DNA of 64,000 bases from a virus, in IMG/VR virus record IMGVR_UViG_3300045988_165974, positions 74,244 to 138,243 of that record, one strand, 5' to 3'. Position 1 is the first letter of the stretch; every line of letters begins with the position of its first letter. Below are positions 36,227 to 46,324 of this stretch, piece by piece. The notes below the pieces were generated by a model. It had not been told where the DNA came from and did not search any database. It saw nothing but the letters and a program-made list of their open reading frames with translations. Position numbers and translations under genes: made by a program.

Positions 36227-36709
36227 ATGAGCTTTGACAAAGACATTATACTCGGAAACGTTGGAGAAGAATTAACTTTAAAATTACTTAAACAGGATAA
36301 AACTATAACAAAAATTAAAGATGTTAGAACAGAGAGAAAATTTCAAAAATGGGATATTGATTTTATCATATATAAAGGAGATAAAAAAATAAAACTAGAA
36401 GTCAAAACAGACAGATTGGCTTTTGAAACAGGAAATATTATATATGAAAAATATAGTAATATAAAATACAATTCAATCGGTTGTTTTGAGAAGACTAGAG
36501 CAAATTATATTCTTTATTATATTTTATATACAAATGTTTTGTATATCATTAATGTATTAGAATTTAATTTTTGGGTTAATAGTCATAAACCTAATGAGTT
36601 AGAAGTTATTAGAATGGGCGATAATGCAATAGGCTATTTATTTTCATTAGAAGAATTAGAAGAACATTCTTTTATTGAGAAAGTATATTTAAGGGAGCGA
36701 TTGATATGA
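36227..36709 (+). CDS. PD-(D/E)xK-like nuclease fold protein
   Basis: ...KWDIDFIIYKGDKKIKLEVKTD... has the D...ExK arrangement. Confidence 0.5.
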   Translation: MSFDKDIILGNVGEELTLKLLKQDKTITKIKDVRTERKFQKWDIDFIIYKGDKKIKLEVKTDRLAFETGNIIYEKYSNIKYNSIGCFEKTRANYILYYILYTNVLYIINVLEFNFWVNSHKPNELEVIRMGDNAIGYLFSLEELEEHSFIEKVYLRERLI

Positions 36710-37026
36710 ATAATTGTGCAACATGTTCAATGAGAGCAAAGCCTTATATTTCAAAAGAAATTGACTCACAATTAATGGATAAAGGCTTTAAATTTGACGA
36801 TGGAGCTATCTATTATGATGATTCCGAAAACAATATTCATTTTACTATTTCAGTCTTTAGAAAAGATATAATAATAGGAAATGATTTAGACGATGGATAT
36901 TCTGTACAATGTATAGTAGAAAAAGAAAAAATTACAAGTATTGATAAAATATTTGAAATATTTGAAACAATTAAAAAAAGCAAATTTAAATTAAAAGATG
37001 ATTTTAATGACGAAATTTTTAAATAG
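36706..37026 (+). CDS. Hypothetical protein
   Basis: 106-aa ORF overlapping the upstream stop. Confidence 0.55.
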   Translation: MNNCATCSMRAKPYISKEIDSQLMDKGFKFDDGAIYYDDSENNIHFTISVFRKDIIIGNDLDDGYSVQCIVEKEKITSIDKIFEIFETIKKSKFKLKDDFNDEIFK

Positions 37027-37040
37027 AAAGAAGGAGTTAA

Positions 37041-39296
37041 ATGGAAAATTGGAATTTAACAGAATTACAACAAGACATTTGGAAACAAAAATATCAATAT
37101 AAAGAAGAGTCTTTTGAAGAATGGTTAGATAGAGTGTCTAATAAAAATGAAAGATTAAAAAAATTAATTCGTGATAAAAAATTCATTTTTGGAGGAAGAA
37201 TTTTAGCTAATCGTGGACTTCATAAAAAAGGAAAAAAAATTACTTATAGTAATTGTTACGTTGTTCCAGCTCCAGAAGATTCTATAGAAGGAATTTTTGA
37301 TTGTGCGAAACAATTAGCTAGAACTTTTTCATATGGTGGAGGGGTCGGAATTGATATATCAAAGCTAAGACCAAATGGAGCTATAGTAAATAATGCCGCT
37401 AAAACAACGACTGGTTCAGTTTCTTTTATGGAACTATATTCTATGGTTACAGACCTTATAGGGCAAAGTGGAAGGCGCGGAGCATTGATGATTTCATTAA
37501 ATGTCAATCATCCTGATATTGAAGATTTTATAAATATAAAAACCGATTTAACAAAAGTAACAAAAGCAAATATATCTGTAATGATTACAGATGATTTTAT
37601 GAAGTCAGTTAAAAATAATGAGATGTACGATTGTAAGTTTTTTGTTAAAGATAATTCTCAACAAATTATTAAAAAGATAAATGCAAGAGAATTGTTTTTA
37701 AAACTTTGTTATAACAATTGGAATTTTGCAGAACCAGGTATTTTATATAAAGACAGAATAGATAATTATAATTTATTACAATATGATGAAGATTTTGAAT
37801 ATGCAGGAGTAAATCCTTGTGCGGAAGAACCACTACCCGCAGGAGGTAGTTGTTTATTAGGCTCTTTTAATTTAGCTGCTTATGTAAACTCTGGAATATT
37901 TAAAATTGATGAATTTAAAAAAGATATTTTTGTTGTAGTAGAAGCTATGAATGAAGTTTTAGATGAAGGACTTCCGTTACACCCTCTTAAAATACAAAGA
38001 GAGACAGTTAAAAATTATAGACAAATTGGAATTGGAGTTATGGGAATAGCGGATATGCTTATTAATATGGGAATTAAATATGGGTCAAAAGAATCTCTTG
38101 ATATATGTGATAAAATAGGAGAAACTTTAGCGAACAATGCTTTAAGATGTTCTGCATTATTAGCAAGAGATTACGGACCTTATCCAAAATATAAAGATTG
38201 TATACTAAAAAGTGATTTTCTAAAAGAAAATGCAGACAAAAAAACTATTAATTTAATTAAAAAATATGGATTAAGAAATAGTCAAATACTTACAATCGCA
38301 CCGACAGGGAGTATATCTACGATGTTAGGAATAAGTGGAGGAATAGAACCAATTTTTGCTTTTTCATATACTAGAAAAACAGAATCTTTATACGATAAAG
38401 ATAAATATTACAAAGTTTACACTCCTATTGTTCAAAAGTTTTTAGATGAAAATAATGTAAAAGAAGAAGAACTTCCTGACTACTTCATATCTTCTGCGGA
38501 AATCAATCCAATAGACAGAGTTAAAATGCAAGGAGTTTGGCAAAAACATATAGATGCAAGTATATCGTCTACTGTTAATCTTCCTAATTCTGCAACTATA
38601 GATGATGTATACAATATTTATACTCAAGCTTGGGAACAAGGCTTAAAAGGTATTACGATTTATCGCTCTGGATGTGCTAGAGAAGGAATTTTGACAACAA
38701 ATGATAAAAATAAAGAAAATGAATTAGTCAGAGGAGAATGGTCCCCTATTCCTCAAGATACTATATATGTAAAACGTAAAATATATACTGGCTGTGGAAA
38801 ACTAGTTTTATTTGTTGGATATAGCAAATCAGAAAATAAAATAACGGATTTTTACATTAAGAGAAGTGCATCTGGAGGTTGTGTTCATAATATAGATGCA
38901 GTAGTGATAAGTATGAGTGGAATGTTAAGACTAGGTGGTAATTTAAATAATATCGAAAAAGCATACAGAGGTTGTGGAACATGTTCTTCTTTTACTTCTG
39001 CTAGAGCTAAAGGAGAAAAATTATCAAAAGGGAAATCTTGTCCAACTGCTATTTTAAATGCAATTAAAGAAGTTGAAAAGGAATTAATTGAAATAGAAAA
39101 TGTAAGTGAAAATATTAAAGTTTCATTACAAAATTCAAAACAACTATTTTCAGACAATGAAAAAACATTTATAGAAAAAAATGGAGACAGAGCTTATGCT
39201 CAAGTAACAAATAAATGTCCTATTTGTAATAATGAATTAGAAAATAGTGGAGGTTGTCAAGTTTGTCCAAGTTGTGGTTGGAGTAAATGCATGTAA
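37041..39296 (+). CDS. nrdJ: Class II (adenosylcobalamin-dependent) ribonucleotide reductase
   Basis: ...GVNPCAEEPLPAGGSCLLGSFNL... is the active-site loop. ...GISGGIEP... follows. The C-terminal Zn ribbon reads CPICNNEL...CQVCPSCGWSKC. Confidence 0.85.
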   Translation: MENWNLTELQQDIWKQKYQYKEESFEEWLDRVSNKNERLKKLIRDKKFIFGGRILANRGLHKKGKKITYSNCYVVPAPEDSIEGIFDCAKQLARTFSYGGGVGIDISKLRPNGAIVNNAAKTTTGSVSFMELYSMVTDLIGQSGRRGALMISLNVNHPDIEDFINIKTDLTKVTKANISVMITDDFMKSVKNNEMYDCKFFVKDNSQQIIKKINARELFLKLCYNNWNFAEPGILYKDRIDNYNLLQYDEDFEYAGVNPCAEEPLPAGGSCLLGSFNLAAYVNSGIFKIDEFKKDIFVVVEAMNEVLDEGLPLHPLKIQRETVKNYRQIGIGVMGIADMLINMGIKYGSKESLDICDKIGETLANNALRCSALLARDYGPYPKYKDCILKSDFLKENADKKTINLIKKYGLRNSQILTIAPTGSISTMLGISGGIEPIFAFSYTRKTESLYDKDKYYKVYTPIVQKFLDENNVKEEELPDYFISSAEINPIDRVKMQGVWQKHIDASISSTVNLPNSATIDDVYNIYTQAWEQGLKGITIYRSGCAREGILTTNDKNKENELVRGEWSPIPQDTIYVKRKIYTGCGKLVLFVGYSKSENKITDFYIKRSASGGCVHNIDAVVISMSGMLRLGGNLNNIEKAYRGCGTCSSFTSARAKGEKLSKGKSCPTAILNAIKEVEKELIEIENVSENIKVSLQNSKQLFSDNEKTFIEKNGDRAYAQVTNKCPICNNELENSGGCQVCPSCGWSKCM

Positions 39297-39324
39297 TATA
39301 AATTTATTCAAAAGGAGTAACAAT

Positions 39325-39474
39325 ATGCAAAATAAAGAACTTATTAAATATTTATTAAAGAATTTTGAAGAACAAATTAAAATATGTAATTTTACAGATT
39401 CAGAAGGCCATCCATTAGAATTAAATATTCCTTTTTTGCAATTAATAAAAGAATTACACAAGGAAGTAGATTAA
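39325..39474 (+). CDS. Hypothetical 49-aa protein
   Basis: ATG 39325 follows a AAAGGAG RBS. The upstream part of the tracked ORF overlaps nrdJ. Confidence 0.5.
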   Translation: MQNKELIKYLLKNFEEQIKICNFTDSEGHPLELNIPFLQLIKELHKEVD

Positions 39475-39962
39475 TGGATAAAATTAATTTTATGAATAGA
39501 AAATTATATATTGAAGATTTAATAATATATGCTCTAAGAGGAATTGATTATATAGAAACCAAGAAAGGAGGCGAATTAATGCGAAAATTAGATACAATAC
39601 AAACTAAAGAAAACTTAAACGACATCTATGCAATAGATAATATTGGGCCAGGTGGAGCAAATCATCAATATATGATTGTTCCAAATGGAACTCAAGTAAC
39701 AGAAGAAACACTCAACTATGGATATTTAAATAAAATCCAAATGCAATGCGGCCCAAGAAATGAGACAAATCTAGAAAATGGATTACTCCCTAATGATTTA
39801 TTAGAGATAGCTAGAGATATACTAAAAGGTTTTCAATCAGGTGACTTTGCAAATATATATAATGAAAAAGCATTAGGACACATTGAAATAGCTTTACTAT
39901 ATCTTAATAAAAGAGTAGAAGACAGAATAAAAAGACAGGTGTTAGGCAAATATGAAAAATAA
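39474..39962 (+). CDS. Hypothetical protein
   Basis: 162-aa ORF. An internal AAGGAGG precedes Met-37 (MRKLD...), so the start is uncertain. Confidence 0.55.
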   Translation: MDKINFMNRKLYIEDLIIYALRGIDYIETKKGGELMRKLDTIQTKENLNDIYAIDNIGPGGANHQYMIVPNGTQVTEETLNYGYLNKIQMQCGPRNETNLENGLLPNDLLEIARDILKGFQSGDFANIYNEKALGHIEIALLYLNKRVEDRIKRQVLGKYEK

Positions 39963-40164
39963 TCATGAAACATCTAAATATATAATATCAATTCTTGCAG
40001 TAGTTGGAATTATGTCTATTACTGTAGTAACAATTGCATATATATGTGTAATATTTAATCTTGACGTAAACAACTATGAATCATTTGTTAAAGTATTACT
40101 TATAACAATTTTAATAGGCGGAACTTTATTTATAGTCAATGAAATAGACAAAATATCAAAATAG
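39952..40164 (+). CDS. Small membrane protein
   Basis: 70 aa with two hydrophobic helices. Confidence 0.55.
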   Translation: MKNNHETSKYIISILAVVGIMSITVVTIAYICVIFNLDVNNYESFVKVLLITILIGGTLFIVNEIDKISK

Positions 40165-40205
40165 AAAAGTGGGAACAAAGAAAAATAATAATTAGGAGTG
40201 ATAAT

Positions 40206-40442
40206 ATGAAAATATATCCAAAAACTTTTAAGGTACTTGATGTAGTTAAAGGTAAATATAATCATATCACTGCATTAAAAGGAGCTACATTACAAATAGT
40301 TTCTTTTGGAAAACTAAGTTATCTATTATTTGATAATAAAATATGGATAAAAGAATTTAACAAACAAATAACTTATTTAGAATCTAAAAACGTATATCAC
40401 CTAGAGTCTAAAGTAGGATTATTTGTATTAGCAGAAGTTTAG
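40206..40442 (+). CDS. Hypothetical protein
   Basis: 78-aa ORF with a TAGGAGTG RBS. Confidence 0.55.
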   Translation: MKIYPKTFKVLDVVKGKYNHITALKGATLQIVSFGKLSYLLFDNKIWIKEFNKQITYLESKNVYHLESKVGLFVLAEV

Positions 40443-40450
40443 GAGGTAGT

Positions 40451-41014
40451 ATGAATCTATTTTTAATATGCGGAAAATCAAATAGCGGTAAAGATAGTTT
40501 AGTAAATGCTTTAATACAAAATCCTTTTTGTCATGTAGAAAAAGCAATAAACTTTACCACTAGACCAAAAAGAGAAGGAGAAGTTGACGGACTTACATAT
40601 AATTTCATTACAGAACAAGATTTTGAAGAAAAACTTAGAAATGGAGAAATATTAGAATATGAGTCATATCAAATAGATTCTGAAAATACAAACTGGTTAT
40701 ATGGCTCTACAAGGAGTGAGTTGACTAAATCAGATAATGTAGTAGCAATAGTAAATCCAAAAGGCTTAAAATCCATTCTAGCAACTAATTTAGTCCCTTA
40801 TATAACCACAATACTAATAGAATGTGATGACAGGATTCGCCTACAAAGAGCTTTAATCAGAGATTCTAATGTTAAAGAAATTATTGATAGATATTTGCGT
40901 GATGAAAAAGACTTTGAACATACAGATTTATATGACTATAAAATAAATAATAAAGACTTTTGTAAAGCTTATAATGAGCTTTTAGCAATAATAAAATCTA
41001 AACAAGGAGAATAA
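40451..41014 (+). CDS. gmk: Guanylate kinase-like nucleoside monophosphate kinase
   Basis: P-loop ...ICGKSNSGKDSL... and ...TTRPKREGEVDGLTYNFI... Confidence 0.75.
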   Translation: MNLFLICGKSNSGKDSLVNALIQNPFCHVEKAINFTTRPKREGEVDGLTYNFITEQDFEEKLRNGEILEYESYQIDSENTNWLYGSTRSELTKSDNVVAIVNPKGLKSILATNLVPYITTILIECDDRIRLQRALIRDSNVKEIIDRYLRDEKDFEHTDLYDYKINNKDFCKAYNELLAIIKSKQGE

Positions 41015-41015
41015 T

Positions 41016-41258
41016 ATGGATATTAAAGATTTAGAAAAAAGAATAAGTACTGAAATAGAATATATTAAATCGCTCCTTAATGAAAGACTTGATGAAGTGA
41101 ATGTTTTAATAAAAAAAGAATCAAATTATTTACAACCTAAAACAATAGAACAACTAAATTTAGAAAAGAAAATAGTAAGTAAAGAATTAATTGTATTACA
41201 AGAGTTAGAACGTAGAGTTATGGGAAGTTTTAAAGAGTTTAAAAAAGGTAGAGTATAG
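41016..41258 (+). CDS. Hypothetical coiled-coil protein
   Basis: 80-aa ORF. Confidence 0.5.
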   Translation: MDIKDLEKRISTEIEYIKSLLNERLDEVNVLIKKESNYLQPKTIEQLNLEKKIVSKELIVLQELERRVMGSFKEFKKGRV

Positions 41259-41260
41259 GA

Positions 41261-41761
41261 GTGATTGACATAAAAATATTAGGACTAGATGCATCTCTAT
41301 CTTGTACAGGGCGGTGTATATTAGAAAACAATAAAGTAATTTCATATGGTAAAATTCAAACAAAGAAATCAGACTTTGATAATGACTTACAGAGATTAAA
41401 ACATATTACAGATGAAATTGAAAAAATAGCTATACAAAATAAAATTAAAATAGTAGCTCTTGAAGACAGTATCCCAGTTAAAAGTAGTAGAAGTGTTATG
41501 CAGCTTAATATATTAAAAGGAGAGCTTATAAGAGCCTTACAGATGAATCAGATTGACATCGACCTAATATTCCCTTCTTCTGTTAAAAAGCTTGTAACAG
41601 GCAATGGGAGAGCCACAAAGGAAATTGTAGCTAAATACATTCAAGAAAACTACATTGACATAGGTGAATATAGCGATAAGCAAGGAAAGAATAAAACATC
41701 TGATATATACGATGCAATAAGTATAGCAATAGCACATAATAATAAAATGTTAAAAGAGTAG
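41261..41761 (+). CDS. ruvC: RuvC-like Holliday junction resolvase
   Basis: ...ILGLDASLSCTG..., ...VALEDS..., ...SDIYDAISIAIAH... GTG start after a GGAG RBS. Confidence 0.75.
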   Translation: MIDIKILGLDASLSCTGRCILENNKVISYGKIQTKKSDFDNDLQRLKHITDEIEKIAIQNKIKIVALEDSIPVKSSRSVMQLNILKGELIRALQMNQIDIDLIFPSSVKKLVTGNGRATKEIVAKYIQENYIDIGEYSDKQGKNKTSDIYDAISIAIAHNNKMLKE

Positions 41762-41779
41762 GATTTTTCCTACTTTTTT
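41758..41779 (+). terminator. Intrinsic terminator
   Basis: GTAGGA-TTTT-TCCTAC followed by a T6 run. Confidence 0.65.
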
Positions 41780-41780
41780 G

Positions 41781-41809
41781 TTGACATACTGTTACAAAAA
41801 TATTATAAT
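41781..41809 (+). promoter_or_regulatory. Sigma-A type promoter (conserved family)
   Basis: TTGACA (41781-41786), a 17-nt spacer, then TATAAT (41804-41809). Confidence 0.65.
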
Positions 41810-41841
41810 AAAATCATAGAAATAAAAAAGGAGGAATCGAA

Positions 41842-42411
41842 ATGAGCGAATTTCAAGATTTAGTAAAAGGTCAAAAAGTTGACTTAACAAAAGGAAATCC
41901 AGGATTAACTAAAATTCAAGTTGGACTTGGTTGGGATGTAAAAGCAGGAAATGGAGCAGACTTTGATTTAGATGCAGTTGCTTTATGTTTAACAAATGAT
42001 AAACTAGTAGATAAATCAGATATGGTGTTTTATGGAAATCTTACACACAACAGCGGAGCAATAAAACATAGTGGAGATAACCTTACAGGAGCAGGAGAAG
42101 GTGTTGACGAGGCTATAAATATAGATTTATCTAAAGTCCCTGATGCAATAGACAAAATAATATTTGCCGTATGTATTTATCAAGCCAACTCAAGAAGACA
42201 AAATTTTGGACAAGTTAATAATGCTTTTATTCAATTAATTAATTCTGAATCTAATGAAAAATTAGTTAAATTTGATTTATCAGAAGATTATTCAGTTGAG
42301 ACTTCTATGATGTTAGGTGAAATATACAGACATAATGGTGAATGGAAATTTAGTGCTAAAGGAGAAGGAATAGAAGGAGAGCTTGGAGATGTTAGAGCTA
42401 GATATTTATAA
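41842..42411 (+). CDS. terD: TerD-family stress protein
   Basis: ...LVKGQKVDLTKG...IQVGLGWD...GADFDLDAVALCL...GDNLTGAGEGVDEAINIDLSKVP... is the TerD signature. Confidence 0.85.
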   Translation: MSEFQDLVKGQKVDLTKGNPGLTKIQVGLGWDVKAGNGADFDLDAVALCLTNDKLVDKSDMVFYGNLTHNSGAIKHSGDNLTGAGEGVDEAINIDLSKVPDAIDKIIFAVCIYQANSRRQNFGQVNNAFIQLINSESNEKLVKFDLSEDYSVETSMMLGEIYRHNGEWKFSAKGEGIEGELGDVRARYL

Positions 42412-42763
42412 CAAAAACTTTATGAGAAATTCTGAAAAAAGACGAGTATATGTTTCTGGTAAATATGGTGGGAAACAAGAAAATAAAGATATTATAGAAC
42501 AAAAAATTAAGGAATTAATTGCATATGATAAAAGAATGGGAATAGAAAATGTGGTATATATATCTCCTGTTCATTGTTTTGGATTTTTATATGATGAAGT
42601 TTCATATGAAAAAGGCATTGAGATGTGCTTAGAACTATTAAAGACATGCGATGAAATAATATTTTTAGATTCTTGGCAAGATAGCCGTGGAGCTAATATA
42701 GAATATGGATTTGCAGAAGCCATGAAAATACCAATGTATTATGCAAAACGAGACAATAAATAA
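42389..42763 (+). CDS. DUF4406/DUF1937-type (nucleoside 2-deoxyribosyltransferase-like fold) protein
   Basis: ...RVYVSGKYGG... and ...DSWQDSRGANIEYGFAEAMKIPMY... ATG 42389 follows a GAAGGAGAG RBS and overlaps the terD end. Confidence 0.55.
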   Translation: MLELDIYNKNFMRNSEKRRVYVSGKYGGKQENKDIIEQKIKELIAYDKRMGIENVVYISPVHCFGFLYDEVSYEKGIEMCLELLKTCDEIIFLDSWQDSRGANIEYGFAEAMKIPMYYAKRDNK

Positions 42764-42823
42764 GACAATTGGGACAATATAGGGACTGGAGATTTTCTAG
42801 TCCCTATGTAATAGGAGGAGTTT

Positions 42824-43324
42824 ATGAAAGTTAAAATTAAAAAAACACACAAAGATAGTAAAATACCAGAATATAAAAATGGAAATTGGATGGATGCTTA
42901 TGTTGCAGATGTAGCAATTGTATCTAATAATCAAGATTTCAAAATGAGTAATTTAGAATGGACAAGTGAAATATGTGAAGATGCAAAAACAATATATATT
43001 CCTAGTGATTCAATAGTTATTATAAATCTTGGATTTGCAATACAATTACCAGAAGGTAGAGAAATGCATTTACTTCCTAGGAGTGGGACATTTCGTAAAT
43101 ATGGATTATTGTTAACAAATAGTCAAGGGATAATAGATACAAATTACTGTGGAGATACAGACGTTGTAATGGCTATGTTTTATTCAACTAGACCAACAAG
43201 AATATCAATTGGAGAAAGACTTGTACAACTTAAGATAGAAAAAGTAATGGAGCAATACGAGTTTGAAGTAGTGGATACACTTGGTAGTGAGGCTCGTGGT
43301 GGCTTTGGGAGTAGTGGACGATGA
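42824..43324 (+). CDS. dut: dUTP diphosphatase
   Basis: ...LLPRSGTFRKYGLLL..., ...GIIDTNYCGD... and the C-terminal ...RGGFGSSGR. Confidence 0.8.
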   Translation: MKVKIKKTHKDSKIPEYKNGNWMDAYVADVAIVSNNQDFKMSNLEWTSEICEDAKTIYIPSDSIVIINLGFAIQLPEGREMHLLPRSGTFRKYGLLLTNSQGIIDTNYCGDTDVVMAMFYSTRPTRISIGERLVQLKIEKVMEQYEFEVVDTLGSEARGGFGSSGR

Positions 43325-43357
43325 AAAGCTCAATAAAAAAATACAGAACTGCTTAGA

Positions 43358-43684
43358 ATGGTAAATACAAGACTCTCTCAAATAACTAAATTCTTTTCTG
43401 ACTTTAATGTTGATTACATTGAATGTGATGAAAAAGTTTTAGAATCTAATTGTGACTATTGTTATCAGCTAATAAGCCGTTGGGACACTTCTACAATAGA
43501 ATTACAAGATGCTCTATTAGGTATTTATTTAAAATTAATTACAAAAGAAGTAATTCCTAAATATGGGAATAAAGACTTTGGAAATCGAGATTTTAAATAT
43601 TTAATTGGAAATGTGCAGCTTGATTTAGATTTTGAGAGCAGATTTATGACAATTAAGTTACCAATAAAATTTGAGGAGGTGTAA
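43358..43684 (+). CDS. Hypothetical protein
   Basis: 108-aa ORF. Confidence 0.55.
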   Translation: MVNTRLSQITKFFSDFNVDYIECDEKVLESNCDYCYQLISRWDTSTIELQDALLGIYLKLITKEVIPKYGNKDFGNRDFKYLIGNVQLDLDFESRFMTIKLPIKFEEV

Positions 43685-43686
43685 TT

Positions 43687-44337
43687 ATGCCAACATTAGG
43701 AATTGGGTATCAAAACAAATGGACTTCTATATGTGTAACTTACAATGGCAAGGTAGTGGAATTAACTAGTTTTTACGACAAAGATTTTAGTGATATTGCT
43801 TATCGCATAAATCAATATACTGAATTATATGATGTAAATTATATACTTTTAGATGAAAAAGAAAAAACTTTATATGAAGAATTATGTAAAGAGATTAATA
43901 TCTCGAAAATATATCAATATAATAAAGATAAACAAATGGGATATGAGTTATTGGATATACTCAATAACAGTTCTTTTGTTGAAGAATTAGGATATAAGAT
44001 TTACAGAAAACAACCAGATTTTTTAGGGGACAAACAACTAGATAAAAGTAAATATACTGATTCAGAAATAGCCATTTTAGATGCTATAGGTTGGGCATTT
44101 TATCAAAAAGAAGAAACACATAAAGCTCCTAAGCCATATAATTATAGCTATTTTGTTTCTTATCATTATAAAGTAGATGAAGGATTTGCAATTGGAAATA
44201 CTATTATAGGGAGAAAAACAGAAATAAAAACAGTAGCAGACTTTAGAGATGTAGAAAAAGAAATTCTTGATTATGTGATAGGAGAGGATTGTGAAGTAGA
44301 TAAAATAATTATCTTAAATTTCCAAAGAATGGAGTAA
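43687..44337 (+). CDS. Hypothetical protein
   Basis: 216-aa ORF with a GAGGAGGTG RBS. Confidence 0.6.
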   Translation: MPTLGIGYQNKWTSICVTYNGKVVELTSFYDKDFSDIAYRINQYTELYDVNYILLDEKEKTLYEELCKEINISKIYQYNKDKQMGYELLDILNNSSFVEELGYKIYRKQPDFLGDKQLDKSKYTDSEIAILDAIGWAFYQKEETHKAPKPYNYSYFVSYHYKVDEGFAIGNTIIGRKTEIKTVADFRDVEKEILDYVIGEDCEVDKIIILNFQRME

Positions 44338-44340
44338 TTA

Positions 44341-44484
44341 AGTGACAAAATACAAAAGAATTATTGAAGAAGGTGTAATTGGTAGAAATGATTTCTTTGC
44401 AATCAATCCTTGTGTAATTTGGAAAGGTTCTGATTTAAATACTAGTGATTTTTATTTACTTAATACTCTAATAACCCTTTGTTG
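44341..44484 (+). pseudogene. Internally deleted relic of the Rep/wHTH-like family
   Basis: The 47 codons read VTKYKRIIEEG...FFAINPCVIWKGSDLN... This joins an N-terminus like MPNYKRIYKEN and a C-terminus like YFITNPLLIWKGSDVD of 8267..9202. The downstream GACTGTTATTATTAGAC matches 9300-9320. Confidence 0.55.
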
Positions 44485-44574
44485 ACTGTTATTATTAGAC
44501 ACACTACAGGTTAAGTCATTTAAAAATAGATTAGGTTGCTCTAATTATAGGGCGACCTATAGAAAGGAGAAAAT

Positions 44575-44937
44575 ATGGCGAACGAAATAATAAAAGTTTT
44601 AGATAATCTTGGTGAGAAATTTGGTATAGCTATAGACTGGTCGTCTGCAAATGTTGTACCATATCTTCAAGATTTGATGACAAGAATTGTAAAATATGAA
44701 ACATACACTAGCATAGCTTGGATTATATTATTTATCTTAGGAATATTAATATTATTTGCTATAAAAAAACTTATAAAAGATGAAGAAATTAAAGAATATA
44801 TAAGCATGGGGTTAGTGATATGGATAGTATTGTCGGCTTTAGTATTTTCAAAACAAGTGCTTGATATTATAGAAGTAAATACAATTCCTGAAAAATATGT
44901 TATTCATATGATAAATAATGAATTAGATAATGAATAA
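44575..44937 (+). CDS. Membrane protein
   Basis: 120 aa with two TM helices and an AAGGAG RBS. Confidence 0.6.
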   Translation: MANEIIKVLDNLGEKFGIAIDWSSANVVPYLQDLMTRIVKYETYTSIAWIILFILGILILFAIKKLIKDEEIKEYISMGLVIWIVLSALVFSKQVLDIIEVNTIPEKYVIHMINNELDNE

Positions 44938-44984
44938 CCAGACAAAGAAAGAAACAGGTTGATTTTACATAAGGAGGGTATAGC

Positions 44985-45332
44985 ATGAAATTAATGAGTT
45001 GTTTTGATAATTTTCAAGCAGATAGAACTTGTGAATTATGTAAGATTGCAAATCATATGCAATATAGATATTGTAAACAATTAATGCAACTAAAGAAAGA
45101 AATTGAAAAATGTTGTCGTATTTCAGAATGTGAATATGCAAAAGAAAGATATGAAGAATGGCAACCTTATACCGAATGTGTATATTTTAAATGTGATTGT
45201 AAACCTAGAGAACTTTGTATGAAATCAGAATACGATAAAGCCGTTAGTGAATATAATACACTTAAAGAAGGGGCTCTAAAATCAATTAGAAATCAAATAG
45301 GAACATATGTTCTTAATGACGAAGGGAAATAA
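44985..45332 (+). CDS. Cys-rich hypothetical protein
   Basis: 115 aa with about 11 Cys and an AAGGAGGG RBS. Confidence 0.6.
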   Translation: MKLMSCFDNFQADRTCELCKIANHMQYRYCKQLMQLKKEIEKCCRISECEYAKERYEEWQPYTECVYFKCDCKPRELCMKSEYDKAVSEYNTLKEGALKSIRNQIGTYVLNDEGK

Positions 45333-45335
45333 CTT

Positions 45336-45752
45336 ATGAAGTTACCAAAGTTTAGAGCATGGGATAAAAATACAAATACAATATATGAAAATATAAGTAT
45401 ATTGCCAAGTATGGAGTGTATAGCTATAAATGTGGATTATGACCATGATTTTCAAGAGTACTGTATAGATGAAAGTTATGTAGTAGAACTTAAAGATGTT
45501 GAATTGTTAGAATACACAGGGATAAAGGACTATGAAGGTAAAGAAATATATGAAGGAGATATAGTCAAAAAAGAATTTATGGAGCAATGGTTAGAAGATA
45601 CAAAGTTTATAGGCATTGTAAAAATGATAGAAGGTAGTTGGTGTGTAGTAAATGAGAAGAAGAAAAAATGTAAATACCTATGGAGTGAAACCGATGTTAA
45701 CCATGTAATAGGTAATATATATGAGAATAAAAACTTATTGGAGGAAAAATAA
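45336..45752 (+). CDS. YopX family protein
   Basis: ...KFRAWDKNTN...LEYTGIKDYEGKEIYEGDIV...IGNIYENKNLL. Confidence 0.75.
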   Translation: MKLPKFRAWDKNTNTIYENISILPSMECIAINVDYDHDFQEYCIDESYVVELKDVELLEYTGIKDYEGKEIYEGDIVKKEFMEQWLEDTKFIGIVKMIEGSWCVVNEKKKKCKYLWSETDVNHVIGNIYENKNLLEEK

Positions 45753-46153
45753 TGGAAGAAGTAAAAATCAGAGTATGGGACAAAGAAGAAAATAAAATGA
45801 TAAGTGGTGATAATTTTGCTTTTGAAGAATATGCACCTTTAAATGATTTATTTCATAACAATTCTAAAAGATTTGACTTTATGTTATACATAGGTTGTAA
45901 AGATATAAATGCTAAAGAAATATATGAAGGAGATATAGTTGAAATAGTTGGAAATCCAAGCATGCATCCGAACCTTTGTTACATAGGAACTAAATTTAAA
46001 GTCTTCTACAATAAAAAAAGTTGCAGCTTTATGATGCAAGATATCTCTAATAAAAATAATGTACAATACTTCGATTTAGATTTAGGAGGGATATCTTCAA
46101 AAGATTTACTTGTTATTGGAAATATTTATAAAGATAAAAGGGATTGGAGGTGA
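45752..46153 (+). CDS. YopX family protein (tandem paralog)
   Basis: ...IRVWDKEENKM...DINAKEIYEGDIVEI...IGNIYKDK. Confidence 0.75.
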   Translation: MEEVKIRVWDKEENKMISGDNFAFEEYAPLNDLFHNNSKRFDFMLYIGCKDINAKEIYEGDIVEIVGNPSMHPNLCYIGTKFKVFYNKKSCSFMMQDISNKNNVQYFDLDLGGISSKDLLVIGNIYKDKRDWR

Positions 46154-46157
46154 ATTT

Positions 46158-46310
46158 ATGACTTTATCAGGAGTTATTACAGTAGTGTTACTTGTATTAA
46201 AAGTGTTAAACATAATTAATATTTCATGGTGGATTGTGTTTGCTCCAGTTATAATAGTGATGTTAATAAAGATATTATTCTTTGTAACTATACATATATT
46301 CTTAAAATAA
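46158..46310 (+). CDS. Small membrane protein
   Basis: ATG 46158 follows a GGAGGTG RBS. 50 aa, hydrophobic. Confidence 0.5.
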   Translation: MTLSGVITVVLLVLKVLNIINISWWIVFAPVIIVMLIKILFFVTIHIFLK

Positions 46311-46324
46311 AAAGGAGAGTAAAT

